Positions 30,677-38,867 of a stretch of DNA of 64,000 bases are shown here, in pieces. The stretch's first letter is position 1; the number at the start of each line of letters is the position of its first letter. The translations under genes and the position numbers were made by a program. The notes below the pieces were generated by a model. The model was not told the DNA's origin. It worked only from the letters and a program-made list of their open reading frames with translations, and searched no databases. Source of the DNA: an uncultured Candidatus Saccharibacteria bacterium (lineage in GTDB: Bacteria > Patescibacteriota > Dojkabacteria > B142 > JAFGMG01). The stretch covers positions 1,438 to 65,437 of the forward strand of contig CAYMJM010000001.1 of the NCBI GenBank assembly GCA_964391325.1, written 5' to 3'.

Positions 30677-30777
30677 TTCTCGATACGCCAGCCTTCGGCT
30701 GGCTACTCGAACTGACAGGGTTAATATGTTAGCTCACACTGTCACTTCGAGCCTTGAGCGAAGGTAAGGGGTCGAGA
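30677..30777. repeat. structured palindromic repeat element, copy A
   Basis: Nested inverted repeats (TCTCGA...TCGAGA outer; CTCGAACTGACA...TGTCACTTCGAG inner) plus GCCAGCC-TTCG-GGCTGGC hairpin; homologous in inverted orientation to 57072-57190. Confidence 0.45.
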
Positions 30778-30893
30778 TGATCTTGTTGAAAGGTAGACAC
30801 GAATATTCGAATTAATTAATTATTGCCGACTCTTTATCAATGAGATATAATCAAACTGCGTATTTAAACAGAGTAATTAGGTATTGATACATA

Positions 30894-30969
30894 GCCGAGG
30901 TAGCTCAGTTGGTAGAGCACGCGACTGAAAATCGCGGTGTCGCCGGTTCAATCCCGGCCCTCGGCACCA
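30894..30969 (+). tRNA. tRNA-Phe(GAA)
   Basis: Cloverleaf folded by hand: acceptor GCCGAGG/CCTCGGC, D-arm GCTC/GAGC, anticodon loop CTGAAAA, T-loop TTCAATC, encoded CCA. Confidence 0.9.
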
Positions 30970-31021
30970 GGTTAATATGATTAGTACGCATAAATTGTTG
31001 AATGACATTCAATAAGAATGT

Positions 31022-31098
31022 GGGCGCCTAGCTCAACTGGCTAGAGCAATTCGTTTACACCGAATAGGTTGAGGGTTCGAGTCCCCCGGCGCCCACCA
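31022..31098 (+). tRNA. tRNA-Val(TAC)
   Basis: Acceptor GGGCGCC/GGCGCCC, anticodon stem ATTCG/CGAAT, loop TTTACAC, T-loop TTCGAGT, encoded CCA. Confidence 0.85.
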
Positions 31099-31605
31099 AT
31101 TTTTAATAGTGCCTTCATGTCAAAAATTAATAATGAACCTTGTTGTTGCTGTCCATAAGCTTTTTAAGCTTGGCTTTGGTTTATTTATTAATTTTGCAGA
31201 TGTGATTACTCCTGAATCTCAAATCCAATCTGATATACCGCCAGATAGACAGAATCAAGCAACAGTCATGCTTACGAACCTTGGCCTAACTTTGGTAATG
31301 AACAAAGGTGGATGTTTTATGAATCCGGATTTATTAGAGATGGATATCAAATAAGGGCTTTGTTCGTACAAGCTCGTAGGTACTATTTATGGTGTTGACG
31401 CGGAAGAACTTTATTTTGAAATATCTGCTCAGGACCGAGATTTATGCCTCCCTGCTCCTTGGAGAGTACAAACTGAATTGTGGGTCCAGACATTTAACAA
31501 GCTGCTGAGAGGCGATGTGGATTTACTAGGGGCCTATTCTGTGTTACAGGAAAATTATATTTGCAATTTGCGTAATTGCATTTAGTTTATGATAAAATAT
31601 GCTAT

Positions 31606-31715
31606 GCGGCAGTAGTTCAGTCCCGACATGAACCGCAAGGGTTTCATGTCGTGGATCCTCGATTTAGTGATTCGCCTTCGGCGAAAGCTAAATCGGGATT
31701 GGCTAGAACGTTTCC
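31606..31715 (+). pseudogene. 5'-half fragment of tRNA-Gly(GCC) (positions 1-32) interrupted in the D-loop by a 78-nt two-hairpin insertion
   Basis: GCGGCAGTAGTTCAGT + 78-nt insert + TGGCTAGAACGTTTCC is identical to the first 32 nt of the intact tRNA at 31739; the insert folds as CGACATGAACC-GCAA-GGGTTTCATGTCG and a 12-bp hairpin with a TTCGCC/GGCGAA inner stem. Confidence 0.5.
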
Positions 31716-31738
31716 GTATCTATTGATAAACGAATATT

Positions 31739-31815
31739 GCGGCAGTAGTTCAGTTGGCTAGAACGTTTCCTTGCCAAGGAAAAGGTCGCCGGTTCGACCC
31801 CGGTCTGCCGCTCCA
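31739..31815 (+). tRNA. tRNA-Gly(GCC)
   Basis: Acceptor GCGGCAG/CTGCCGC, anticodon stem TTTCC/GGAAA, loop TTGCCAA, T-loop TTCGACC, discriminator U, encoded CCA. Confidence 0.9.
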
Positions 31816-31920
31816 GAAATATCTTTAAGTCTAGCAAGCACATCCAAAGTACTAGCTACCGTCCACTCGAACCGGAATGTATATTCGAGTATAATGCCTT
31901 GTATTTATTAAGGTATCTTT

Positions 31921-32238
31921 ATGATCCATATGAGCAAAAATGACGATGCCAAAGGCTGGTATCTAGGGCCGTGGAACTCAAATATTGAGATCCCAATCGG
32001 ATTTGCCAATAGGGGGATAAGGGAAGAACATGTTCATCGAAGGATGAATGAGATATATTTAATTGCTAGAGGAACTAGCACGCTTGTAATTGATAATAAA
32101 CAAATAGCACTTAAAGAAGGTGACATTATTGTGGTAGAACCAAATGAAATACATATGTTTAAAGACAGTTCCGAAGATTACCTGCATTTTGTAATTCATA
32201 CCCCTTTCTCAAAAGACGACAAAGAGCTTATTACATAA
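31921..32238 (+). CDS. cupin-domain protein
   Basis: 105 aa, two-motif cupin pattern (HxH...E ... H) with GDIIVVEPNEIHMF. Confidence 0.55.
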   Translation: MIHMSKNDDAKGWYLGPWNSNIEIPIGFANRGIREEHVHRRMNEIYLIARGTSTLVIDNKQIALKEGDIIVVEPNEIHMFKDSSEDYLHFVIHTPFSKDDKELIT

Positions 32239-32256
32239 AATCTTATAGCTCAAAAA

Positions 32257-32751
32257 ATGATAATTTCAAACCGTGATGCGCAGCGCTTTTTTAACGAATT
32301 TATGCGAAATCGCCAGATAAATATAGACTTTTATGAAAGGGTGCCCGAGGAAAAGTCCGATTTTAGACTAGTTGATACAAACGAACGAAAATCAGATTCA
32401 ATAAGAGAGAGCCTTGCACACCAGATTAATGTTCAAAGGACATATATAAAGGCTGTAGAGACAGGGAATTTGAAGTTTGGCCCTTACTATTATAAAGATT
32501 TAAGCCTGAAGACGAAAAAAGATTTATTGTTGGAGGCATTAGATGCAGATTTAAGGTTGGAAGAATTATTGTCTCACGAGATCAATTGCAGAAAACTAAT
32601 TACTGTACCTTGGGACTCAAAAAAAGTAAATTCTATTGTTATGCTATGGTCATTAAATTCTCATGAAATACTACATACAGGGTGGAATTTGGCATTGATG
32701 GATGCTCTAGGCATTGACCGCTATGACTCATTAAAGCAAATGTGGGGGTAG
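32257..32751 (+). CDS. DinB/YfiT-like (DinB_2) four-helix-bundle metalloprotein
   Basis: 164 aa with spaced His residues (LAHQ..., HEILHTGWN) in predicted helices. Confidence 0.45.
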   Translation: MIISNRDAQRFFNEFMRNRQINIDFYERVPEEKSDFRLVDTNERKSDSIRESLAHQINVQRTYIKAVETGNLKFGPYYYKDLSLKTKKDLLLEALDADLRLEELLSHEINCRKLITVPWDSKKVNSIVMLWSLNSHEILHTGWNLALMDALGIDRYDSLKQMWG

Positions 32752-32867
32752 TCTTCCCCTTACTAGATGCTTATAAAAAGCTTTGCTTGTTGATATAATG
32801 AAGGTACTATGAGAATAAGATCAGCAGTATTGAAGATTATCCTAAGATACTTGAGGCAAGAGGGTCT

Positions 32868-33368
32868 GTGCTTAATTCGAAACTAAGTAACTCTTCTCTA
32901 ACAAAGCTCAGTCGAAGCGGATTCTTAATTGGCGATTATAACGCGGATGAATTCAGAAAGGACCTAGCAGAGATATTTTTAGTTGCAGTTGAAAATAAAG
33001 ATATAGCTGGATATATAGTGCTTTCAAAACGGAAAGAGTATATAAATAATAAGTACAAGGTCTGGAGCTTTGATAGTGCAAAATCTCTATATTACTCTGA
33101 ACAGGGCATAGAGTTGAAAACGATAATAGTACGAGATAAATTCAGAAGAACAGGCCTGGCTAAGAAATTATTGACTAGAGCTTTGAGGATCTCAGACCAA
33201 AAATTTCAAGCGATGTTTAGCGTTATCAGTTTGGCACCAGTACCCAATTATGCTTCATTAAACTTCCATCTTAAGAACGGTTTTAAGGTAGTTTCTATAT
33301 CACAGCCAAGAGAACTATTTGGTATTACAAATTATCAGAGCATGTTACTTATGAAAAACCTTGGCTAG
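32868..33368 (+). CDS. GNAT-family N-acetyltransferase
   Basis: 166 aa, acetyl-CoA motif A-like IIVRDKFRRTGLAKKLL. Confidence 0.55.
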   Translation: MLNSKLSNSSLTKLSRSGFLIGDYNADEFRKDLAEIFLVAVENKDIAGYIVLSKRKEYINNKYKVWSFDSAKSLYYSEQGIELKTIIVRDKFRRTGLAKKLLTRALRISDQKFQAMFSVISLAPVPNYASLNFHLKNGFKVVSISQPRELFGITNYQSMLLMKNLG

Positions 33369-33503
33369 CAATTAGTATTAATAACGAAGATTTAGTACAC
33401 CACCATGTCGCCATCTACCAGCATTTGTGATAGTATCATATTTAAGTAGCAGTATGTAGAGTATGCCGAAAAACATATTAAACTTTTTAATGAAGAGGCT
33501 TAG

Positions 33504-34433
33504 ATGGTAAAAATAGTAGGTATTGATCCAATTGTACTTTTCCCAGAGCATGTTAAAAAGCTAGAGAGCCTTGGAGAACTAACTCTTTGCGATACTGTCC
33601 CTAATGATGACGTGGAAATTATTGATCGTGTAGGAGATGCAGAAATCATCTTAGGTTTCTGGACTGCTTTGTCAAAGAGTGTCATACAGAATTTCAGTAA
33701 TGTGAAAATGATCTGTAGTGCAGCTGCAGGTTATGACTGGATAGATGTTAAAGCAGCTATAGAAAAAGAAATCACTGTTACTCACTGCCCAGGGCACAAT
33801 GCTCAAGCAGTAGCAGAACATACAGTCGGATTGTTACTCGCGGCTATGCGTCTCACCAGAAAAGCAAGCTGTGAAGTCAGAAAAGGGGAATTTTTGCCAG
33901 AGTCATATGTGGGCAAAGAACTGAAAGGGAAAACGGTTGGCATCATAGGATATGGCTCTATTGGCAAGAAAGTCGCTGAGATTTTGCAGAGAGGTTTTGG
34001 GGCCAAAATAGTATATGTTAATTCTCGAAGCTCCCGCGAAGATTTAGAGCGTTTACTAATAGTCAGTGACTTTATCTCCATCAACGCGCCCTTAAGTGAT
34101 AAAACTAGAAATCTTATTAGTAATAGAGAATTTGATTTAATGAAAGATGATGTAGTTATTGTAAATACTGGAAGAGGTGCAATTATAGATGAGATAGCAC
34201 TATTGCAAAATCTAGAAAATGGCAAAGTCTTTGCAGCAGGTCTTGACACTCTAGCCAAAGAGCCTTTCCAAGATTCAAACCCTCTCCTGTCCTATCCAAA
34301 TGTTATAATCACCCCACATATTGGTTGGAATACCAGAGAGTCGGAGTATAGGCTTTCTGCTCAGGTAGTAGAAATTATTACTGCTTTTGTCCAGGGAAAT
34401 CCAATTTATATTATTCCAGAACAAAGGAGATAG
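33504..34433 (+). CDS. D-isomer-specific 2-hydroxyacid dehydrogenase (glycerate/phosphoglycerate dehydrogenase-like)
   Basis: NAD-binding GIIGYGSIGKKVA, catalytic R/E/H region (PHIGWNTRES). Confidence 0.8.
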   Translation: MVKIVGIDPIVLFPEHVKKLESLGELTLCDTVPNDDVEIIDRVGDAEIILGFWTALSKSVIQNFSNVKMICSAAAGYDWIDVKAAIEKEITVTHCPGHNAQAVAEHTVGLLLAAMRLTRKASCEVRKGEFLPESYVGKELKGKTVGIIGYGSIGKKVAEILQRGFGAKIVYVNSRSSREDLERLLIVSDFISINAPLSDKTRNLISNREFDLMKDDVVIVNTGRGAIIDEIALLQNLENGKVFAAGLDTLAKEPFQDSNPLLSYPNVIITPHIGWNTRESEYRLSAQVVEIITAFVQGNPIYIIPEQRR

Positions 34434-34436
34434 CAC

Positions 34437-35435
34437 ATGGACCAAGAACCAATAAATCTTCAATATACGACAATAAAAGATCCATTGCCGGATTTTATTT
34501 ATGATGGATTGGCTCCCTACTCGAAAGTAGCCAATGCTTATAAGCCACAACCAATTGAACTAGTCGAGAAATTAGCAAAAAAGCATAATTTGCCAAAAGA
34601 AATGATTTATTTGACTGCAGGTATAGACGAGGCGATACAAATGTTTGCTAAAGCTTATGGGCAGAGCGCCTATGTGTTTACACCTACGTATGTTGTTTAT
34701 GCTGATGTAGAAGAGTTTGGTGGTAAGTTGACGCAAATCCCTTCTGTACGGGGTGCAGGATATATTATTGAAACTGAGGCTATCCAAGATGCTACGCTTA
34801 TATATCTTGCAAATCCGAATAACCCATCTGGAATTACAAGTAGAGAAAATGTGTTAAAGCTGATCAGGAACAATCCTCACGCTAAGGTAGCAATTGATGA
34901 AGCTTATGGTGAATTTGCTGACCTTTCAGTTATAAATGAGGTAGAAAAATTTTCTCATATGGCTGTCTTTCGTAGTTTTTCAAAGGCTTATTCTATGGCT
35001 GGTAATCGTATAGGCTATATTGTTGCACATCCTGAGGTAATAGAGGTTGTTAAGAATAAAAGTCAATGGTCTAATGCTTCCTATCTTTCGGTAGGAGCGG
35101 CGATAATCGCACTAGATCACGAGAATTATTTTTCAAACATACGAGCAGACATTAATCAAAGGTGCAAAGAATTTGTATCGTTCCTTAAAGGGGCCGGGTT
35201 CTCTGTTTTCCCTTCAAGAATAAACGCAGTGCTTATTAAGTTTCAATCAGAAGCTGAAGCAACCACTTTCGTTAGTTATTTAAGCGAGAATAACTTTATA
35301 GTCAGCCACGGCAATGGCAATAGTAATATCGGTCTTGATAGCTCTTTCGTCAGAATAGCTATTGGAAACGAAGGTCAAATGGGGAGATTAAAAGATATAA
35401 TTTCCAAATACCGAAATAAGTTAGCCCACCAATAA
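34437..35435 (+). CDS. class I/II PLP-dependent aminotransferase (HisC/CobD-like)
   Basis: NPNNPSG, IDEAYGEF, FSKAYSMAGNRIGY (PLP-lysine region). Confidence 0.75.
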   Translation: MDQEPINLQYTTIKDPLPDFIYDGLAPYSKVANAYKPQPIELVEKLAKKHNLPKEMIYLTAGIDEAIQMFAKAYGQSAYVFTPTYVVYADVEEFGGKLTQIPSVRGAGYIIETEAIQDATLIYLANPNNPSGITSRENVLKLIRNNPHAKVAIDEAYGEFADLSVINEVEKFSHMAVFRSFSKAYSMAGNRIGYIVAHPEVIEVVKNKSQWSNASYLSVGAAIIALDHENYFSNIRADINQRCKEFVSFLKGAGFSVFPSRINAVLIKFQSEAEATTFVSYLSENNFIVSHGNGNSNIGLDSSFVRIAIGNEGQMGRLKDIISKYRNKLAHQ

Positions 35436-35693
35436 AAATATTAGACTATATTCTTCCGTTTAACATCTGCGATTTTAACAGACCAATAATTTTATTACGC
35501 GGACATTTACCCCCTCTTTGCTAATTTATATAACTATGATACAATCCTCAGCATGTTTGATTGCCCACCGGAAACAACACCCGAAGCGTTGCCTGTTGCT
35601 CGCTTACACCATTTTACTAAGTGGCTAGAACTAATGGATTTAGCCCATTAAATAGACGCTAATTCATTAGGGGAATTCCCTCAAAGTGGAATA

Positions 35694-36026
35694 GTGCTAT
35701 CTGAAGAAAACTATAGAGCTCTTCGGGATCAGTATATTATACACTCCAATCAAGAGCGTTTAATTTCTGCAAGTAGGGCTATTAGGGTGAACCGTGTTTT
35801 CGAGGGTGTAGAGCAAGAGGATTTCATATTAAAACCAAGCATTCAGGACTTATTTACAGCTTATTATTCTGTTTCCAGGTACGGAATAGACATAGGGGCA
35901 GTCCTTTCATTTAGAAGTAAGTTGAGTTTTGATTCAGAGATGAGTAGTCTACAAGATGAGCTAGATAGCTTTATTGTCCCTTATTTAGATGTTTTGAGGG
36001 GGAAATACTTGATGACTTCCAAGTAA
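35694..36026 (+). CDS. hypothetical protein
   Basis: 110-aa ORF (GTG start) downstream of a strong sigma70-like promoter and about 150-nt leader. Confidence 0.3.
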   Translation: MLSEENYRALRDQYIIHSNQERLISASRAIRVNRVFEGVEQEDFILKPSIQDLFTAYYSVSRYGIDIGAVLSFRSKLSFDSEMSSLQDELDSFIVPYLDVLRGKYLMTSK

Positions 36027-36196
36027 CTAGGAGTATTGTTATACAGTCACCTTTCCTCGGTAAGAATTATTATGGAGACCTATATGGCAGTGAAAGCTTA
36101 TTTGAAAGAGATCTGCATCCAAGTTGTTTATTTGCATTTAAAGCAATATCTAAATGGTGTAAACTCCCAGGAGAAACACAAATATCACTAAATACC

Positions 36197-36517
36197 GTGG
36201 GAAAAGATGACTTCTGTAGGACACGTGCTGTGGGGGAGCATTGCTCACCTAACTTGTTAAGAATTCCTGATGATATCACCTGCTCTCCGCAGCTAACAAC
36301 CCTACTTTCCAATCTGAGTTGTGGACGGGACTATCTCGAACGTGTATCTTTTTCAGAGTGGTTGGGAGCAAATTCTTATGCAGAATATTTACAGCAGTGT
36401 AATGTGTGTACTAATGCTACTTCGGCTTTGACTTTACCTGTGGGAATATATCGAGATTATCTGCTAGAAAAGTTTGAACAGACTGTAAATGAACAACAAC
36501 AAGATTATGCATCATAG
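36197..36517 (+). CDS. hypothetical Cys-containing small protein
   Basis: 106-aa ORF, 7 Cys, no motifs. Confidence 0.25.
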   Translation: MGKDDFCRTRAVGEHCSPNLLRIPDDITCSPQLTTLLSNLSCGRDYLERVSFSEWLGANSYAEYLQQCNVCTNATSALTLPVGIYRDYLLEKFEQTVNEQQQDYAS

Positions 36518-36576
36518 CTGTCTTCAAGTATAAAAAAGCTTACTTAGAAAAGCGAGTCTCATTCTTAACTAAACAG

Positions 36577-38739
36577 TTATAAGATACACAGACTGAAGTT
36601 GCACGTAAGGCACTTTATACATCCCTCTGCACTTATTAAACGAGATTTTTTGCAATTCGGACATGAATCTCCTGGTTTCAATTCTCTCATGCTTTTTTGT
36701 TTTTGATCGCCAAATTCTATTACTTGGTCTTTTTTACTTTGATCTCTATATATTGTAATTCCTTTGCAGCCACTTTCCCAAGCCATCATGTAAGCCTTCT
36801 CTACATCATCCGCGATAGCAGATCCTGGCATGTTTATTGTTTTTGTGATGGCATTGTCTATATGTCTTTGCCATGCTGCCTGCATTCTAATATGGTCCTT
36901 CCATTCAATTTCATGTGCTGTTAAAAAGAGTTTTTTGATACGTTTTGGAATCTCAGATATATTCTGTATACTTCCATGATGCTCAAAAATTTGTTCAAAT
37001 AGATTCTCAATTTCTATTCCCTCCTGTTTTAGCTTATGCTCTAATAACTCATTAACATTCTTAATCCTAACTCCTCCTAAAATATTCTGATAATATGCCA
37101 AAGCAAAAAATGGCTCAATACTATAGGATGTTCCAAAAATAACTGCATTGCCGCTGCTCGGTGGAAGTGTGTTGACGGTCACATTTCTGGGTTGTCTTCT
37201 TTTGTTTGCCCATATTGAGTACTCGACATACGGAAAAGGCCCTTTTTCTTCCCCTAAGTTAAATGATTCATCATGACAAGCATCTGAAATTACTTTAGAC
37301 ACTTTCTCTGCTAGCTTAAATGCTTTTTGATCATCGTAGGGTATTTCTAGATGAACTAATAAATCGGCCCAACCCACAACGCCTATTCCTAGCCTCCTAA
37401 AGCTTTTAATATTTTTAGTTTGCTCTGCGATTGGAAACCATGACATTTCGATTACATCATCCATAAATCGGGTTGATATCCGTGATACTTCTTCTAATCT
37501 TTTAAAATCTAACTCGGCTTTTCCGTTGTTATCTCGAATAAATGCTGTCAGATTAATGTACCCTAAATTACATGATTCATAAGGATATTGAGGTATTTCT
37601 CCACACACGTTTGTAGCCTGTATTGGTCCAAAATGCTTGAGTACGGGATTGCCTTTATTGATATTGTCTAGAAAGATTACTCCAGGGTCACCAGTTTTGT
37701 GTGCGTATGTTACAGCTAACTCCCATATAGCTCTCGCTTTGATATTGTTTGTAACTTGTCCTGTGCGAGGATTGATCAGCTTCCACTGTTTGTCTTTCTT
37801 GACTGCATCCATGAATCCTTCTGTGATTCCGATGGATATATTCGTTTTTGGAAGGATTCCATCTGTTTCTTTTGCAGTAATAAATTCCAGAATGTCAGGG
37901 TGGTCTACATTCAGTATTGCCATGTTACCGCTTTCATACCTGCCCTGTTGTCTAAAAATGCTTGTCGGTAAGTCAAACATTTTCATGATCTCTACAGGTC
38001 CGGCAGCAAGTCCTGGTTCATCCGCAACAAGATCTCCTTTTGGTCTTATTTTAGAGAAATTATACCCGCAGCCTCCTCCATGCTTTTTTGTCACACTGGA
38101 TTCATACAAACTCTTAAAGATTGTTTCAATGCTGTCTTTTATGTCAAAGACAAAGCAGTTTGCCAGCTGGGGGTTTTTTGTTCCAGCATTTGACAGCACC
38201 CTAGTCCCGGGCAGAAACTCCCATTTCGTCATAATATTCAGAAATTCTTTTTCCCATTTTTTCCTCTTTGCTTTGTTTGATTCAGCTGTAGCTACAAAGC
38301 GTGCAACCCTTTCCAACATTTGTAAGGGAGTCTCTTTTGTTCTGCCTTGTTTATCTTTTTTTAGATAGCGTTCTTTAAGGATAAACAAAGAGTTATAGTT
38401 TAGGTGTCCTATATCATCCTGTACACCAAGTTCTTGGATTTGTACATATTGTTGCCTTTTCTTTTCACGCGCGAGAATGAACTCTTTCACTGTCTGGTAG
38501 TGGCCCCTTTTAACTAGTACCCTTTCAACCGCGGAACCAATATCTGAAGTTTTGATGGGCTTATCTGATGGGTAGATTTCTGTTATATACTCCAATACTT
38601 CCTGGGCTACTGCAGTTGCTAGTTTCTTATCTCGTCCTCCTACATTTTTTGCAGCAGTCCAAATTGATTTCGTAATCTTTTCTGCTTGGAAAATTTCTTG
38701 GGCACCATTTCGTTTCACCACTTGTTTAGGAAGCTTCAT
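36577..38739 (-). CDS. nrdJ: class II (adenosylcobalamin-dependent) ribonucleotide reductase
   Basis: N-terminal ATP-cone, active-site CGEIPQYPYESCNLG, C-terminal zinc ribbon CPNCK...CIKCLTC. Confidence 0.9.
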   Translation of the reverse strand: MKLPKQVVKRNGAQEIFQAEKITKSIWTAAKNVGGRDKKLATAVAQEVLEYITEIYPSDKPIKTSDIGSAVERVLVKRGHYQTVKEFILAREKKRQQYVQIQELGVQDDIGHLNYNSLFILKERYLKKDKQGRTKETPLQMLERVARFVATAESNKAKRKKWEKEFLNIMTKWEFLPGTRVLSNAGTKNPQLANCFVFDIKDSIETIFKSLYESSVTKKHGGGCGYNFSKIRPKGDLVADEPGLAAGPVEIMKMFDLPTSIFRQQGRYESGNMAILNVDHPDILEFITAKETDGILPKTNISIGITEGFMDAVKKDKQWKLINPRTGQVTNNIKARAIWELAVTYAHKTGDPGVIFLDNINKGNPVLKHFGPIQATNVCGEIPQYPYESCNLGYINLTAFIRDNNGKAELDFKRLEEVSRISTRFMDDVIEMSWFPIAEQTKNIKSFRRLGIGVVGWADLLVHLEIPYDDQKAFKLAEKVSKVISDACHDESFNLGEEKGPFPYVEYSIWANKRRQPRNVTVNTLPPSSGNAVIFGTSYSIEPFFALAYYQNILGGVRIKNVNELLEHKLKQEGIEIENLFEQIFEHHGSIQNISEIPKRIKKLFLTAHEIEWKDHIRMQAAWQRHIDNAITKTINMPGSAIADDVEKAYMMAWESGCKGITIYRDQSKKDQVIEFGDQKQKSMRELKPGDSCPNCKKSRLISAEGCIKCLTCNFSLCIL

Positions 38740-38867
38740 AATAAGGATAAATTACAACTATAAAATAATGGACTTCTTTTGCAGTTTTTACATAATAGCA
38801 GTAAAGTTTTAAGTTGACAAAACTTCTTTGTAAAGGCTGCAGTGAGAATAAATTTGGATAGTTAAGC

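Noticed and set aside
31109-31761. ORFs 31109..31354 (+) and 31576..31761 (+) in the tRNA cluster
   Set aside because: The second overlaps the tRNA-Gly fragment, insert and tRNA. The first has no SD or motifs and lies in a region better explained as tRNA spacer. Both are treated as noncoding.
36070-36312. 80-aa minus-strand ORF overlapping the 36197..36517 plus-strand ORF
   Set aside because: The overlapping antisense ORF has no start context or motif. At most one of the pair is real and neither is well supported, so only the plus-strand one is kept, at low confidence.
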